A stretch of 64,000 bases of DNA, taken from the NCBI GenBank assembly GCA_951406725.2, contig OX597818.1:16802001-16866000 (forward strand). Reading direction: 5' to 3'. The DNA comes from Octopus vulgaris (Eukaryota). The notes beneath the pieces were generated by a model, which worked only from the letters and a program-made list of their open reading frames with translations, had not been told where the DNA came from and did not search any database. Below, piece after piece: positions 25,652-39,281 of the stretch (position 1 is its first letter; every line of letters starts with the position of its first letter). The position numbers and the translations under genes are program-made.

Positions 25652-28600
25652 GTGAGTCTGTATTTCTTTTGGTCTTTCTCACCATCTGTCATTGTCATCA
25701 AAGAGAAGACAGAAGACAGCAGTGTCATCATTTTGTTGTCATCATCTTTTGTGGGCTTTGTCTTTCATCTATCTCTCTGGGGGTCAGTAAAATAAGTACC
25801 AGTCAAATACAAGGATCAATGTAATCAACTACCTCCTCCCCTCAAAATAGCTATCCTTGGTTGAGGTGGCTTGGGATTGCTTTGCAGAATTCCGCCAAGG
25901 TTGACTTTGCCTAGCATCCTTTCAGGGTTGATAAAATAAGTACCACTTGAGTACTGGGGTTGATGTAGTCAATTAGCCCTTTCCTCAAAAGTTTAAGGCT
26001 TGTACCTATAGCAGAATGGATTATTATTAAGGTGACAAGCTAGCTGAAGCGCTTGGGCACCAAACAAAATGCTTAGCGGCATTTTGTCTGTCATTACATT
26101 CTGAGTTCAAATTACACTGTGGTCAACTTTTTCACTATCAGATCTAATACATTGATTTTATTGCAGTACTAGATTATTCAGTGAAATAACACCTACTTCA
26201 TTTTATTCAAGATGGATTTTATAACAATATTTACCTTACCTGTTATTCTAACATTTTGTCTTGAGTTGGGAGATCATTGCGATCAGTTCTATGTGTTTGG
26301 CCTTCGATCCATTCTGATAGAATTATTGTCTTCAGATTGTCAAGTAAAGCTGACTGTGTATCCACCTGCACTATAATCAAGCTGATTTACAATAATATCA
26401 GTGGCTATTTCCTTGACTACCTCAGTTTCAGTATTTCTTGTACTAGGTTTCACTTCTGCAGTGGAGGGATGTTTTGCATCATCTGAACATGACCATTGGC
26501 CTGAACATATACTTGAATCTGTTGGATATCCATGTCAGTTAACAGCTTATTTTTCATTATGATGTTCCTGTGAACATTAGCTAACATATTGCTATTTATG
26601 TTTGATCTATTGGTAAGGTTTTTTTTCTTCTGCCAGGTTAAGTATGTTCGCTCTGTATTAGATCTACCCAATAGAAAGTACATTGCAGTGTAATAGGTCT
26701 TTAGAATGACCTTGTATTCTTTGTCTTTTGTCTTTTCAGGGTTCATAAATTGAGTACCAGTGAAGCACTGGGTTCAATTGAATAAACTTTGCTCTCCACT
26801 CAAAATTACTGGTCTTGTGCCAAAATTAGGAAAGAATATTATTAGACAAATAAAACCAGGACTGAATACATTTCTCCGCTTTTAAGCAAAGTGCAGATAT
26901 AAATAACAAGCATTTTGAATGGCATTCTTTCTTTCAGTATTCTCTTACTATGGAGATTTAAAACACTGTTGTGTGCCATTTCCACCACTGCCACCATCAC
27001 CATGAAAGTAGAAGTGCCACATTTTAATCAACTAATATATTTTCCCTAAAATATTTATCCAGTGTATTAATCTGATCAACCATTATTACCTAGTATCAAA
27101 TAATCTTCTCTATGTGAGCTCCTGATGTAGCACTCTGCCCTTTTATTTAAAATTGTAATTTTAGTAGTTAATTTTTCCCATTCAGTATGTTCTCACTGCT
27201 GTTTCATTATTTCCCAGCAGACTGCTGAAACATGTTTATTGATTTATTTTACAATCTATAAATTAATTAGTTAATTAATTGATGATTAAACAATGATTGA
27301 TCAAAGCTTGTATTTGGCCAGTAGAGCTATGTTTGATGTACACTTCCTTTCCTCATTCTGTTCACTTAACAGGATGACATGTCTGACCCAATATTAAAGA
27401 AAAGGTCAGAAAATGAAAACAAAAGTATTTTTTTCTCAACTCAGCCATGTGGTTAAGAAGTTCAATTCACAACCATCTGGTTCCAGTTCAATACCACTGC
27501 ACCGTACAGTGGTCAAGTGTCTTCTACTATAGCCTTAGAGCACAAAATATCTTCTGGGTGAAACCATATGGAAGCACAAACATACACATGCATGTGTGTG
27601 TACGTCTGCATATGTGTATATACATACATGTTTCTTTGTCTTGAAGGTCATTATCAGAGATGTTAAATAATGGCCAAGATACACACTATAATTTTGCTGG
27701 TTGAACCAAATCTTGCTAACTACTATGAGCACGAGTGGTCATTATCCAATATAGGTGCTTTCACTCCATTCAGCTTTGTACCTTTTGCATCAACAGTAGC
27801 TTAGCTCTCACTCTCTAATATTCTTTAAATATGTGAGCTGTTCCAGACAAATTAGTTTTTTGAGATATTCTGTTCTATTGTATTTAATTATTTATCCAAC
27901 TTATTTGATACCATTCCTAGAAACTTTATTACTATTGGTATTGCCAAGAACAGAATTACAGTAGCACACTAGACCATGATTTTGATATTTCTCAACTGTT
28001 TCTTTGTTCTATTCTACCAAGTTGATTATATCCAGACATTGCCATGCCAGTGGCTTTTACACACCCATGCCCCTTCACTACTGCCTGAATATATGGGCTC
28101 TCTCTCTCAGGAAATCACAGAATATTTAGTAGTTCTTGAACTCAAACTAGAGGGCCAGTATTCATTACCCATTGCTTCAACAGTCTGTTCTTTCTAGTTA
28201 ACAATTCCCAGTATGCATCATCGGTCTTCCTTTGTATTTCTTTTTAACTACATTAATGTTTTCTCTCATCAAACGTGCTACCCTATGACCCTTACTGCCA
28301 CACATGCTACTTAATGTATGGGATCTGATCTAGTTTGATACATTATAATGACAACAATAGTAAAAATAATGATGATAATAAATGAACAAAAAAGAATCAT
28401 ATTAAAAGAATTATTATTATTATTAATAATAATATTATTAATATTGTATTTGTGTGTTCTATTATATTTCAATTATCTTTGCATCCTGCCAAAGAGATTC
28501 CCAAACCACAACAATAAATTCTATAACACGAATTAGATTAGCAATACTCAATGTTTAACAGACATCAGTTAGAAAAGACATTTCAATATTGTTTTTGCAC

Positions 28601-30434
28601 TTTTTAAAAAAAATTTTGGTTTAGTCTGCCAGAGAATAACATTTTTCATATTTTTTTAATGTATATATGTATATTCTTTGTTTTATTTCTTTAATCTTTT
28701 TTTTTCTCTCTATCATTCTCAAATCCATTTTTCCATATGCTAGACAGTTCTAAAATATCTGTAATATTTTCTAATATTTTGGCATGAATTATTGGTCCAA
28801 GTGATCTTTTAACAACTGATTACTCTGCCTTAACATAAATCACTCAGCTGTGAAGTATAGGTTATATTCCTCACCTTTTTTTTAATTTTTGTTTTACATC
28901 TAGTGGGAGTAAAAAAAAAACAAAAAAACTTTACATGTCAATGTTGTGACTAATCGTACTATATCCTTTTACATTACTAAGCATGCCTGCAATGTTTGCA
29001 ATCATAGAAATCCTGTTTTATGCTAGTAAAACCCTGTCTGTGAATGCCAAGCATTTAGCTTTCATTTAAAATGGCTGTACCACCAGCACCATCATCATCA
29101 TCATTTCCTATAATGCATGGATCAGATGGAGTATGAGGCAAATTTTTTTACAGCTGGATACCCTTCCTGTCACCAAACCATACATGTTTGCAAGCAAGGT
29201 AATGTTTCACCATGGCCAGTCAGGTGCTTTGCAAGACATTGGAAATTAATGTCAAATCTCAAGACAAGGTGACACAAACACACACACAAGCACACTTTGT
29301 TCAGCCTGCAGCTATAATAGAAGTCCCTTCTTCAAGGTACTGTGCAGTGGGGCTGAACCAGAAACTGCATGGTTGGGAAGCAAACTTCTTACCACACAGA
29401 CATACCTGCCATGATTAGGTGAATTTTTGCTGCAAAACTCTCAAAGGGAGAGGCTTTGAGCTCAGTCATGTGTATATACATGTCAAAGACACATGCTATT
29501 GCAAGGAAATAATAGTTTTATTAGTATTATTAGAGAGAGAGCTGGAAGAGTGAATAAGTGTTGATATTATGATCAAGTTGTTGATAGTGTATCATGCTGA
29601 AGTTGCCACTTCAGTAGATAATTGCTAACATTTGATTCACTTAACTCTCCAATGGACAAACCTACCTTGTTATAGATATCTTGGCATTAGAAAAACTCGT
29701 TGCACTATGTGTTAGTTATTCTGTTAGTTAACAATGCTAACCTTAACCCAGTTTTTTTGTGTATAGGTTGTTGTTTTTTGTTCTTGTTCAACTCTAGGCC
29801 AGCCTTCATTGAGCCAAACCTATGATCACCTATTGTTGCTATCCCTTTGTTTATCAGGGACTACACTGTTCAGTGTGCCATTTATTTTAAGATGATATCC
29901 ACAATTTAAATGCCTAGCAATCACAAAGCATATTTGTACATCATACATGAATACATTGTCATCATTTAATATCCACTTTCCCATGGTTGCATGAGTCAGG
30001 TGGAATTTGTTGAAACAGATTTTCTACAGCAAAATGCCCTTCCTATTGCTAACCCTTACCTGTCTCTAAGCAGGGTAATATTTTCCCATGGCTAAGTATG
30101 TTTTTTTCTCAGAAGATGAGAAACAAACAACCTCACTTATATGACAATGATGCTGCTTTACAAGCATCATGTGATGTCTAGACACAGGTACACACATGCA
30201 CATGCATGCACCTACATTTGCACATTCAACTAGTTTCTTTTAGTTTCTGTCTATTAGATACACTCACATCACTTTGGTCAGCCTGGAGTTAGTTGAATGT
30301 ACTTGCCCATGCATGCATGCATGGTATACACTTGCTATTGCCAACAATGAGATAGACACAATATCACTTATCAGTCAGTACATATAACTGCAGTTTACCC
30401 CTGGTCAAGCTGAGATGATGATCATGATGTAGAG

Positions 30435-32856
30435 CAGCACTGCTTAAACTATGAGATACGACACCATTTGGGGTTGTGAAGTGAAATACTGAGGTCACAA
30501 AAATTAAATTCAAACTTCAGTTTGTTATTTCACAAATGCACAATATTTAATGTGATGTGCCATGCAAGCGCTGCAGTAATAAAATGCAAATGCAGTGCTG
30601 TTGCAACTAGTGCAGTGACAACGTGTGTATTTTCAGTGTAGTTGGTTGATTGTGTTCATCTTAATAAGTAGATAAATAACAATACATTTTACTGTTTTAT
30701 TCAATTGAGGTTGATATTTATTTAAAGAATTTCGTAGTTATTTTATGAAATGTTATTTTATTTATATTTCAAAATAAAAATATTTTACTCATGGATAAAT
30801 GGTTGAACTTGAGTAACAAAAGTAATGATGCAGATGGCAATGCTACAAAGTCTGTTCAAGCAGAACCTAGTAATCAGAGAGAGGCATCTGAGATGTGGAA
30901 AAAGAAAATATGATGAGTCAGTTCTCCAATTTGGCTTCACTTTTAATAATAGCAATGGTATGGAACAACCTCCTTGTTTAATTTGCAATAACGTTTTGGC
31001 TGTGGGGAGTATGAAACCCTCAAAATTAAAAAGGCATCTTGAATTCAAACATCAATAAAGCAAAGATATATTTTGAAAGACTGTTTATATCTTCAAATAT
31101 AGAAAAGCAAAATTTTGAGAAATTTTTGGCTATAAATGAAAAATATTCATTAGTATCATACGAAGTTTCATATCCAATTGCAAAAAATAAAAAGCCATAC
31201 ACCATTGGGAAAGAACTTTTATTACCTGCTACTATGAAGATGGTAGAAATATTTCACGGAAGTAAATATGGTGATGAAATTCGGAAAATTCCTTTGTTGA
31301 ACAACATTGTTGCCAATAGAATTACTGAAATTAGCAACAACCATCTATTTCTATGCTTAAAGAAACACAAAATTTGCTATTCAGTTGGACAAAACAACTG
31401 ATATTTTAAAAATGGCACAATTGTTAGTACACATCAGATACATTTATAAAGAAAATGCCAATGAAGAATAGTTATTTTGACATCATTTGGAAGAACATAC
31501 ATGAGGGAAAGACATATATAGTAAAGTTGATGGATTTTTTAAAACTGTAGGTTTGGAATGGAAAAATTGTATTGGAGTATGCACAGATGGTGCAAAAGCG
31601 ATGATGAGTAAAAATATTGGTTTTAAATTCTTTAAGGCTGCTGGTAGTAATCATGTAACTTTTATACATTGCATGAGCCATTGAGAGGCTCTTGAAGCAA
31701 AAAAATTAACACTGGAATTAAACGATATGCTTCAGGATGTTATCAAAATTATAAACTTTATTCAAAGCCGTATCCTTAACAGCCATTTATTTTTAAATCT
31801 CTGTATAGACATGAACTCAGAATACAAAAACTTATTATTACACTCAGAAGTAAAGTGGTTGTCAAGAGGGTGAAGTTTATACAGATTATTGCTGTTAAAA
31901 GACGAAATTATTATATTTTTAACTGAACAAAAATCTGGTCTTGCTGCTCTTTTTCAAAATGACTTATGACTTTCAAATTTATGCCATTTGTCAGATATTT
32001 TTGAGAAACTAAGCGATCTCAACTTTTCTCTTCAAAAATAGAAAAACAATGTATTTACTTCGAATGATAAAACATTTGGAATAATAGGGTGAAAAGTGAT
32101 TCATTCGAAATGTTTCTGGTTATTGAAGATTTTATCATTGAAAAAAATAATTGCAAAAATTAAATACCACTTAAATACCCTAGAAACACAGTTTTGCAAA
32201 TACTTCATATCGAATTTTAATTTCAAAAAGTTATCTTGGATTCAGAAACCATTTTCAATTGACATTGATGATATTAATGATCTGCTGTATAAAGCCCAAG
32301 AGGAGTTCATTGAGCTATCAAGTGATTCAAACTTGAAACTTGATTTTACAAACAAGTCTTTGACTGAATTCTGGATTGGAGCTAAAGGTGAATTTCCCAC
32401 TATTTCTGAAATGGCATTACATGTTCTTTTGTCATTTAGCACCACATACCTATGTGAAACGACATTTTCAGCTTTAACCCTTATTAGAACCAAATATCAT
32501 TCAATAATGAAAAATGTAGATGTAACGTCCGCTTTCCATGCTAGCATGGGTTGGACGATTTGACTGAGGACTGGAGGAACAGATGGCTGCACCAGGCTCC
32601 AATCTTAACTCTGTCAGATCAAGATTGGAGCCTGGTGCAGCCATCTGGTTCGCCAGGTCCTCAGTCAAATCATCCAACCCATGCTAGCATGGAAAGTGGA
32701 CGTTAAATGATAATGATGTATGTATATTGTTCAGCAAAAAAATAAATGATTTATGTATATATTTGTATACTTTATTTCTTATTTAATACCTGGGGTCACA
32801 AAAAAATCTCATGATGAAAAATGGGGTTATGAATGAAAAAAGTTTAAGAAGCACTG
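30435..32856 (+). mobile_element. hAT transposon of the Buster/Charlie group (ZBED8/SCAND3-like transposase), decayed
   Basis: 8-bp TSD ATGTAGAG on both sides with central TA. TIRs cagcactgcttaaact / agtttaagaagcactg. Fragments: BED finger (PPCLICNNVLA...MKPSKLKRHLEFKH), KKPYTIGKELLLPA, CTDGA, HSEVKWLSRG, and the dimerisation motif FSTTYLCETTFSAL. Confidence 0.95.
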
Positions 32857-33738
32857 ATGTAGAGGATGATGATGATGGTAATGATGTTGGTGGTGATAAT
32901 GATAACAATGATTTGAACCAGTTTGGGGTGATCCTCCCACTTATCATGGATCTTGATAAGTTGTCACTTTTGTACCCTTTTTATATTCTGAAGTTCTAAA
33001 CATAAGGTTTTCTAATCTTCCAGGTTCAGTAAAAACACATACCTGTCATATACTGGTTTGTTTTCATTTCATTACACTTCTTCCCTAAAACTTTGTGTTT
33101 TGTTCTAGTATAAAAATTTTCCATGGTGGTTTTACTTTTTGTTGATTTGTTTGTTGCTGCAACTTTCTGTTAGCTCTGTTAAAACAATTGTTAAGATTTT
33201 TGATTTAAACTGCAGAGCAACATCTCCAGACATCTTAACACGTATGTTTCCAATTTTTTTTTTTACTTTTAATTTTAATTTTTTTTTCCTCACCTATCTG
33301 TCTGTCTGCTGCTTCATTTCAGTTCTTGGCAGTTAATTAATATTTACATTTATTTTTGAGACTAAGTCAAGTTATATATGTTTAGGTGTGTGTGTGTGCG
33401 CGCACGCATATATATATATATAAGAGAGAGAGAAATAGGAGTGGTTGTTCAAAGGAAGAAAACTAAACTGAAAATCAAGCTGAAGTAGAAGCTGGAAATG
33501 ATCTTATGTTCCTCCTCCTTCTTCTGCTTCTTGGCAGAATAACTAAGAGAGTTGGAAAAATACTTTATAATATTTCTTCTGACTCTTTACATTCTGAGTT
33601 CAAATACTGTCAAGGTCAGCTTTACCCTTCGTGCCTCAGGGTCGATAGTGTAAAGCACTAGTCAAGTCCCAGGCATCAACAGTATTGACTAAACTGCCTC
33701 CCCTAAAATTTCAGGCCTTGTGCCTATATTAGAAACAG

Positions 33739-33740
<2 letters not shown>

Positions 33741-33784
<44 letters not shown>
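33741..33784. repeat. (ATT)n microsatellite (SINE B tail)
   Basis: Read directly from the sequence. Confidence 0.9.
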
Positions 33785-33786
<2 letters not shown>

Positions 33787-34572
33787 GTGAGGTAGCAGAT
33801 CATTAACACACTGAACAAAATGCTTAACAACATGTCTTTCAGCTTTGTTCTAAGGGCAAATTCTGCTGAGACCTTCCTTTTGGGGTCAATAAAATAAGCA
33901 CCAGTTGAACACCAGGGTTGATGTAATCAACTTCCTCTTCCTCAAAATTGCTGGCCTTGTGCCAAAATTATTATTATTATTGAGAGCAGTGCATGCCATC
34001 AATTTCACAGGTACAAATAAATGAAGCCCAATATACCCATCATGACTACCCGTCCAATAAGGGTACACTAGGGACATGCAACACAACCACATGTGCACGA
34101 TATAGTGATGTCATATAAAGAAGAACACTGCATGACCTTGCAGATGAGGCCCAGTTAGAATTTTTTTCAGGTTGAGTAGCTCATCCCCCTCAAAAGGTCT
34201 CTGAATAAGGTTTGTTTAAGGATGAACAAAACACCCATGTTTTCAGAGGTGAATTATTCAAACCCCCAAAGAATTTCTCTCAACACATTGCTATGATGCT
34301 CCCCCACTGCTTCTGCTCGTGATCATAGATGCACATATTGTCAGCCATTAAGGGACATGCTCCATTAGTTAAGGTCAAGCAACTGACAAGCAAATCTGTG
34401 GTATTGAGGAGAATATTTGCTGTAGCCCATCTTTTTGTACCAAAACAAAGCAATCTACATGATAACACTTCCAATCAGTTTAAGATCAAAAGACATGAGA
34501 GCCACTTCCTGGTACTGCATCAGGGCATTCAAATGCCATGAGAATCATTGCCTGGTACTGTTATTGTTTATT

Positions 34573-34938
34573 ATTACCTCCACCTTAACAAAGGTGGCAG
34601 TATTGTTTTCAGTAGTGTTTGTTTGTTTGTTTGTCCATGGACAAGATATCTCAAGAACTGCTGGATAGATTCAGAGGAAACTTTCAGAGATGTTTGGTCT
34701 CATGACTGGCACAAACTAATTAGATTTTGGGAGTGATCCGGTACTGGACAATGATTCTGGATTATTTTTCTGGTTTTTTAACTTAATTTTTGAGAGCGGT
34801 CAAGTTCATTTTTAGTATTCTCGTTTTTGAGAGCAGTCGAGTTTATTTCAGATATTCTCATTTTAAAAATTATCCCCAGCTAATCACTGAGAAAACCTTG
34901 GTGTTGCCTTGGCAAAGGTTTGTGCTGAGTGCTCTTGT
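34573..34938 (+). mobile_element. Non-autonomous Helentron/DINE-1-like (HINE) element
   Basis: 5' ttacctccacc hairpin, (GTTT)n tract, and subterminal inverted repeat cttggcaaaggt near a 3' end that finishes gtgctcttgtt. Confidence 0.55.
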
Positions 34939-36300
34939 TGTTGTTATTGTTATTAAGTCAAGGTAGCCGAATCACTAACACACCAGATAAAATTCTTAGC
35001 AACATTTCTTCCAGCTTCATGCTTTGAATTCAAAGTGTGATTCATTTCCATTATTGTGATCATGAAAAAAATTTAACCCTCTTCGAAACAAGTGAGGTCT
35101 GGCAACAAGAAGTGCATCCAACCATAGAAAATCTGCCCTCAGTAAATTCACTCCAACCCTTGCAAGCTTGGAAAAGTGGATCTTAAATGATGATGGTATG
35201 TATACATACATACATACGTATGTGTGTAATTTGTTTCCATCATGTATTTTGAAAATAATGGCATATTGATAATGAGGTGCTAATGGGCCAATCACTTACT
35301 GCATTGCCAAAGCTAAAGGACTGGGTAGCATCTCTGCACAAATTGTGTGGGATAAAAATACTACAAAGCATTTTTGTTTGGCAAACCAATTTATTGGCAA
35401 ATTTCTATCTATTATATATGAAGATATACAGACTGTTATGTATTTGTGTGTTTCTATGTATAAATATGTATGAGTATGTATATACATATGCACACACACA
35501 AACACACACACCTGTGTGTGTGTGTGATGTAATACTCCTGTGTTAAGTTCATTTATCCGTTTGATAAGGTTCTGGCAACCCTCCACATCAGGCTAGTCTA
35601 GTGAGGCAGCCATTTTAGTTGTTGATGACCCAGTCATGTCTACTACACATCATCAGTAGCACCCATGCATGACCTGACAGAAATATGTTACAAATAAATA
35701 CTATCAATGTTGCTGTGATCATCAACCTTGCTCAGATGTTTGTAGCATATGTTGTTGTTTAGCCACAGGTTTAACTTGGAGCAAGTAGACTCGTGTTTGA
35801 TGGCAATACAGCTGTTACTATTCTGTTGTTTGTTTTTGGGCTATCCAAGACTACATTAATGAATATGTCATTTCCCCACCACCACCGTTTTTTATAGATG
35901 ATTTGGTGTGGTAGGAGAGGTTTTGCTGTTAATTTTTGCAGGTCATAGAGATCTTCCCCATTACTTTATCCACAACACCCATTCACTTTTTCTCTCACAT
36001 TCATGTTTGTGTGAGTTTACACATGCTCATAATATACTTACATATTGATGCAACCTAGCAGACTGGTTAAGAAGTTTGTTTTGTAATCACAAGGACATTG
36101 GCTCAATCTCAATATGTGGCAGCCCATGAATTGTGAGTGAATTCTGGTAGACAAAAGCAGTTTGAGAGCCCATTGAATGGACTGCACTTGTGGTTAAGAT
36201 ATTCAGCTCCTGAATCTTAGCAATTTCGGCTGTTTAATCTCGATATCACTCCAAACCGGCCAGCCCCAATGAAAAACTAAATATATATATATATATATAT

Positions 36301-36637
36301 AACAATTGCAGCGTGGAAGGTGTTTGTAAGCCATTTAAGAAACACACAAAAGCCGTTCGATTCATTTCAACATTTAAGTTTAATTTGTCAAAATATTTTC
36401 GTCACTAAAATCCGCGACCTGTTCACTGACAAAAATCCGTGCTGCACCTCAGATTTTTGTCAGTGAACAGGTCGCGGATTTTAGCGACGAAAATATTTTG
36501 ACAAATTAAACTTAAATGTTGAAGTGAATCGAACGGCTTTTGTGTGTTTCTTAAATGGCTTACAAACACCTTCCACACTGCAATTGTTTTCGTTTCAGCA
36601 CACGATCTCAGATCAAATCACTTGCTACGCGAGTACA

Positions 36638-36638
<1 letters not shown>
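36301..36638. mobile_element. Penelope-like inverted pseudo-LTR fragment (137-bp-arm hairpin plus tail) in a (TA)n/(CT)n tract
   Basis: Arms 36301-36437 and 36452-36588 with 3 mismatches and a 14-nt loop. One-sided ~50-nt tail, hammerhead motif inside, microsatellite flanks. Confidence 0.7.
36456..36505 (+). ncRNA. Minimal type I hammerhead ribozyme motif with G3-C8 covariant core (mirror copy on the minus strand in the left arm)
   Basis: tttgtca GTGAACA g gtcgc-ggatttta-gcgac GAA AATATT T tgacaaa. 7-bp stem I, 5-bp stem II, palindromic stem III AATATT, UUU triplet. Confidence 0.6.
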
Positions 36639-36682
<44 letters not shown>

Positions 36683-38250
36683 GCGTTTGTGTTTGTCCCC
36701 CTAGCATTGCTTGACAGCCGATGCTGGTGTGTTTATGTCCCCGTTACTTAGCGGTTCGGCAAAAGAGACCGATAAAATAAGTACTGGGCTTACAAAAGAA
36801 TAAGTTCCGGGATCGAGTTGCTCGATTAAAGGCGGTGCTCCAGCATGGCCAAAGTCAAATGACTGAAACAAGTAAATAAAAAGCGTATATGAATATTCAT
36901 ACCCCAAATCATTAATCCATTTACTTTTAGTTACTTTACATATATCTTTACACACACAGTAACACATGTCTATATGCTTCATTTTGTAAGTGTGTGTGTG
37001 TGAAGTACTTTGCCATAACCCCACCTTATTGCTGACGCCTTCCATTTAAATAGGAATCACCCTCTTAAGTCAGAGGCAATATCAGTATCACAAGGAAGCA
37101 GGATGATCCAACTGCAAGAGGGGGTCTAAGGAAAAAGAGGAAGTGTGATATCCAGTTACTGTGACACCTATAGCAGTTCCTTTAGACTTGAGAGGAAGTG
37201 CCAGTGCCCTGTACCCTAATTAACAGGATAAATGTCAATGAATGAATGAAGTTGGGGTTGTTTAGCCCCAGGTCAAACGTGATTGAATAAGACCTATGTT
37301 AAGACATGTTCTAGTCACGATCACTTTGTCTTCTTAAGGATACCGAAGACGACATTATGCAGCGTGTCTTTTCCTTTTTAAGACTAGAATGTGATTTGAA
37401 CAAGATTTGGGTGCTATTTTTAGCAGGTTTGGTGACCTCATATAAAAACTACCTCGTTGGTTCATCTATAACGCGTTTCTCTTACATTGGTGAGTATGTG
37501 TATTCACACACACTTGTACAAACCCACACATGTATCTGCTATATTCCTCCACCACTATCCTCCTCCCACAGCCGGATTATGCTGGCTCCCTGTGATGCTG
37601 ATGTCACATCTTAGACAAACAATGAAGTAATGGTAGGAAGAGTCTGTGGTGGAGGCGTGAGACCAGATAAGGAATCTTCTAGATACCACTGGATAGTTTC
37701 TATCTTGCAGATTAACATATTTCCTCTGAGAAATATATATATATATATATCTGTTATTTATTTTTTCTTTCTAAAATGTTTATTTCGAAAATATTCCATT
37801 CAAGCTTTTACATGCACGTGCAAGAACACACACACACACACACACACAAACACACATATACACACACATTACATTACATTATGAAACTAGTTGTTATTGT
37901 TGCTAATCGTCAGGTGAACCTTGATCTGTTGATCCTTATGATAAAAGGCATCCTGCCAGTGACCAAGTGCATTAAATGTGTCCTTCCATTTTTGGGATAA
38001 AGAAGTATTAGTTGATGGAGGTTTGGCTGGTATTTCTAGCAGGTTGGGTGATCACATAGTCCTTCCCACCCTCTCATTGACTCATTGTATATGTAGTTGA
38101 ATTATTAGGTACACACACAGTCATCATCACCAGTTTGTCTGTCATGTGGTAATGGCATTGGTTGGGCAGGTCTGCACCAGCTCAGTATTTTGCAGCATTT
38201 CACCACATGGTGTTGTCATTCATCGTCTTCTTTAGGAGGTATGGCATCTT

Positions 38251-38500
38251 GATTACATCGACCCCAGTGCGTAACTGGTACTTAATTTATCGACCCTGAA
38301 AGGATGAAAGGCAAAGTCGACCTCGGTGGAATTTGTGAGTTCAAATTCCGCCAAGGTCGACCTTGCCTTTCATCCTTTCAGGGTCGATGAATTAAGTACC
38401 AGTTACGCACTGGGGTCGATGTAATCGACTTAATACCTATGTCTGTCCTTGTTTGTCCCCTCTGTGTTTAGCCCCTTGTGGGTAGTAAAGAAATAGGTAT
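38251..38500 (+). mobile_element. SINE family B insertion with an inverted duplication replacing its 5' end
   Basis: TSD aggtatggcatctt(ga) at 38237 and 38495. 85-bp arms at 38251-38335 and 38342-38426. Confidence 0.85.
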
Positions 38501-39193
38501 GGCATCTTGAGGTCATCTTTCACTGCGTCGTAACACATTTACCTTGGTTGTTGTCTTCTGCGGGCTTCTTTTCACTGGGATTATTTGTTGCACTCTCATA
38601 TATTTACACATACCTGTATGTGTGTGTGCATGTATGTGTGTGAGTATGTATGGATGAATGTGTGTAGGTATACACACACGTGTGTATATGTGTGTGTGTG
38701 TGTGTGTGCATGTGTATCTTTGTATGCATTTACACCTCTGTATAAATATGTATATCTATATATGTATACACATGTGTATAGATATGTGTGTGTGTGTGTA
38801 TATGTACATACATAAGATGTTCTAAACTTCAACACCCTCATTACATCTCTTTTATCCAATTCTCTTCATTCATATTCTCAGACCCTACTTTTTGCAGATG
38901 CGTGTGTGTTTTAGTATAAAATTCACTAATATTATTGTTTGTTCTTTCGACTTACATTTTTTACAACCTGGTTTGGGTTGGAGAAGGACTTACTTGATGC
39001 TGAATTTGATGGCCAGATTCCCTACTTAATTGCCAAACCTTATTTATTTCTGAATTAAGAGATTTTGTTTTATTCCACTGGTCTTCCAATGTGTAGAGTG
39101 GGTTGACATGATGTCAACAAAAAATGTAAATATCATATCTCTATTTCAGTGAGATGGTGTCAAGTAAAGTTTTGGAACATCAGCATTTGCACG

Positions 39194-39196
<3 letters not shown>

Positions 39197-39272
<76 letters not shown>

Positions 39273-39281
39273 CTCTCTCTC
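39197..39281. repeat. (CT)n microsatellite, ~35 perfect units
   Basis: Read directly from the sequence. Confidence 0.95.

Noticed and set aside
25288-25824. 178-aa ORF read as a complete signal peptide-Ig-TM protein
   Set aside because: It starts at GTG. The hydrophobic ends are the polypyrimidine tract and post-donor intron/SINE sequence, and strong splice sites bracket only the Ig domain.
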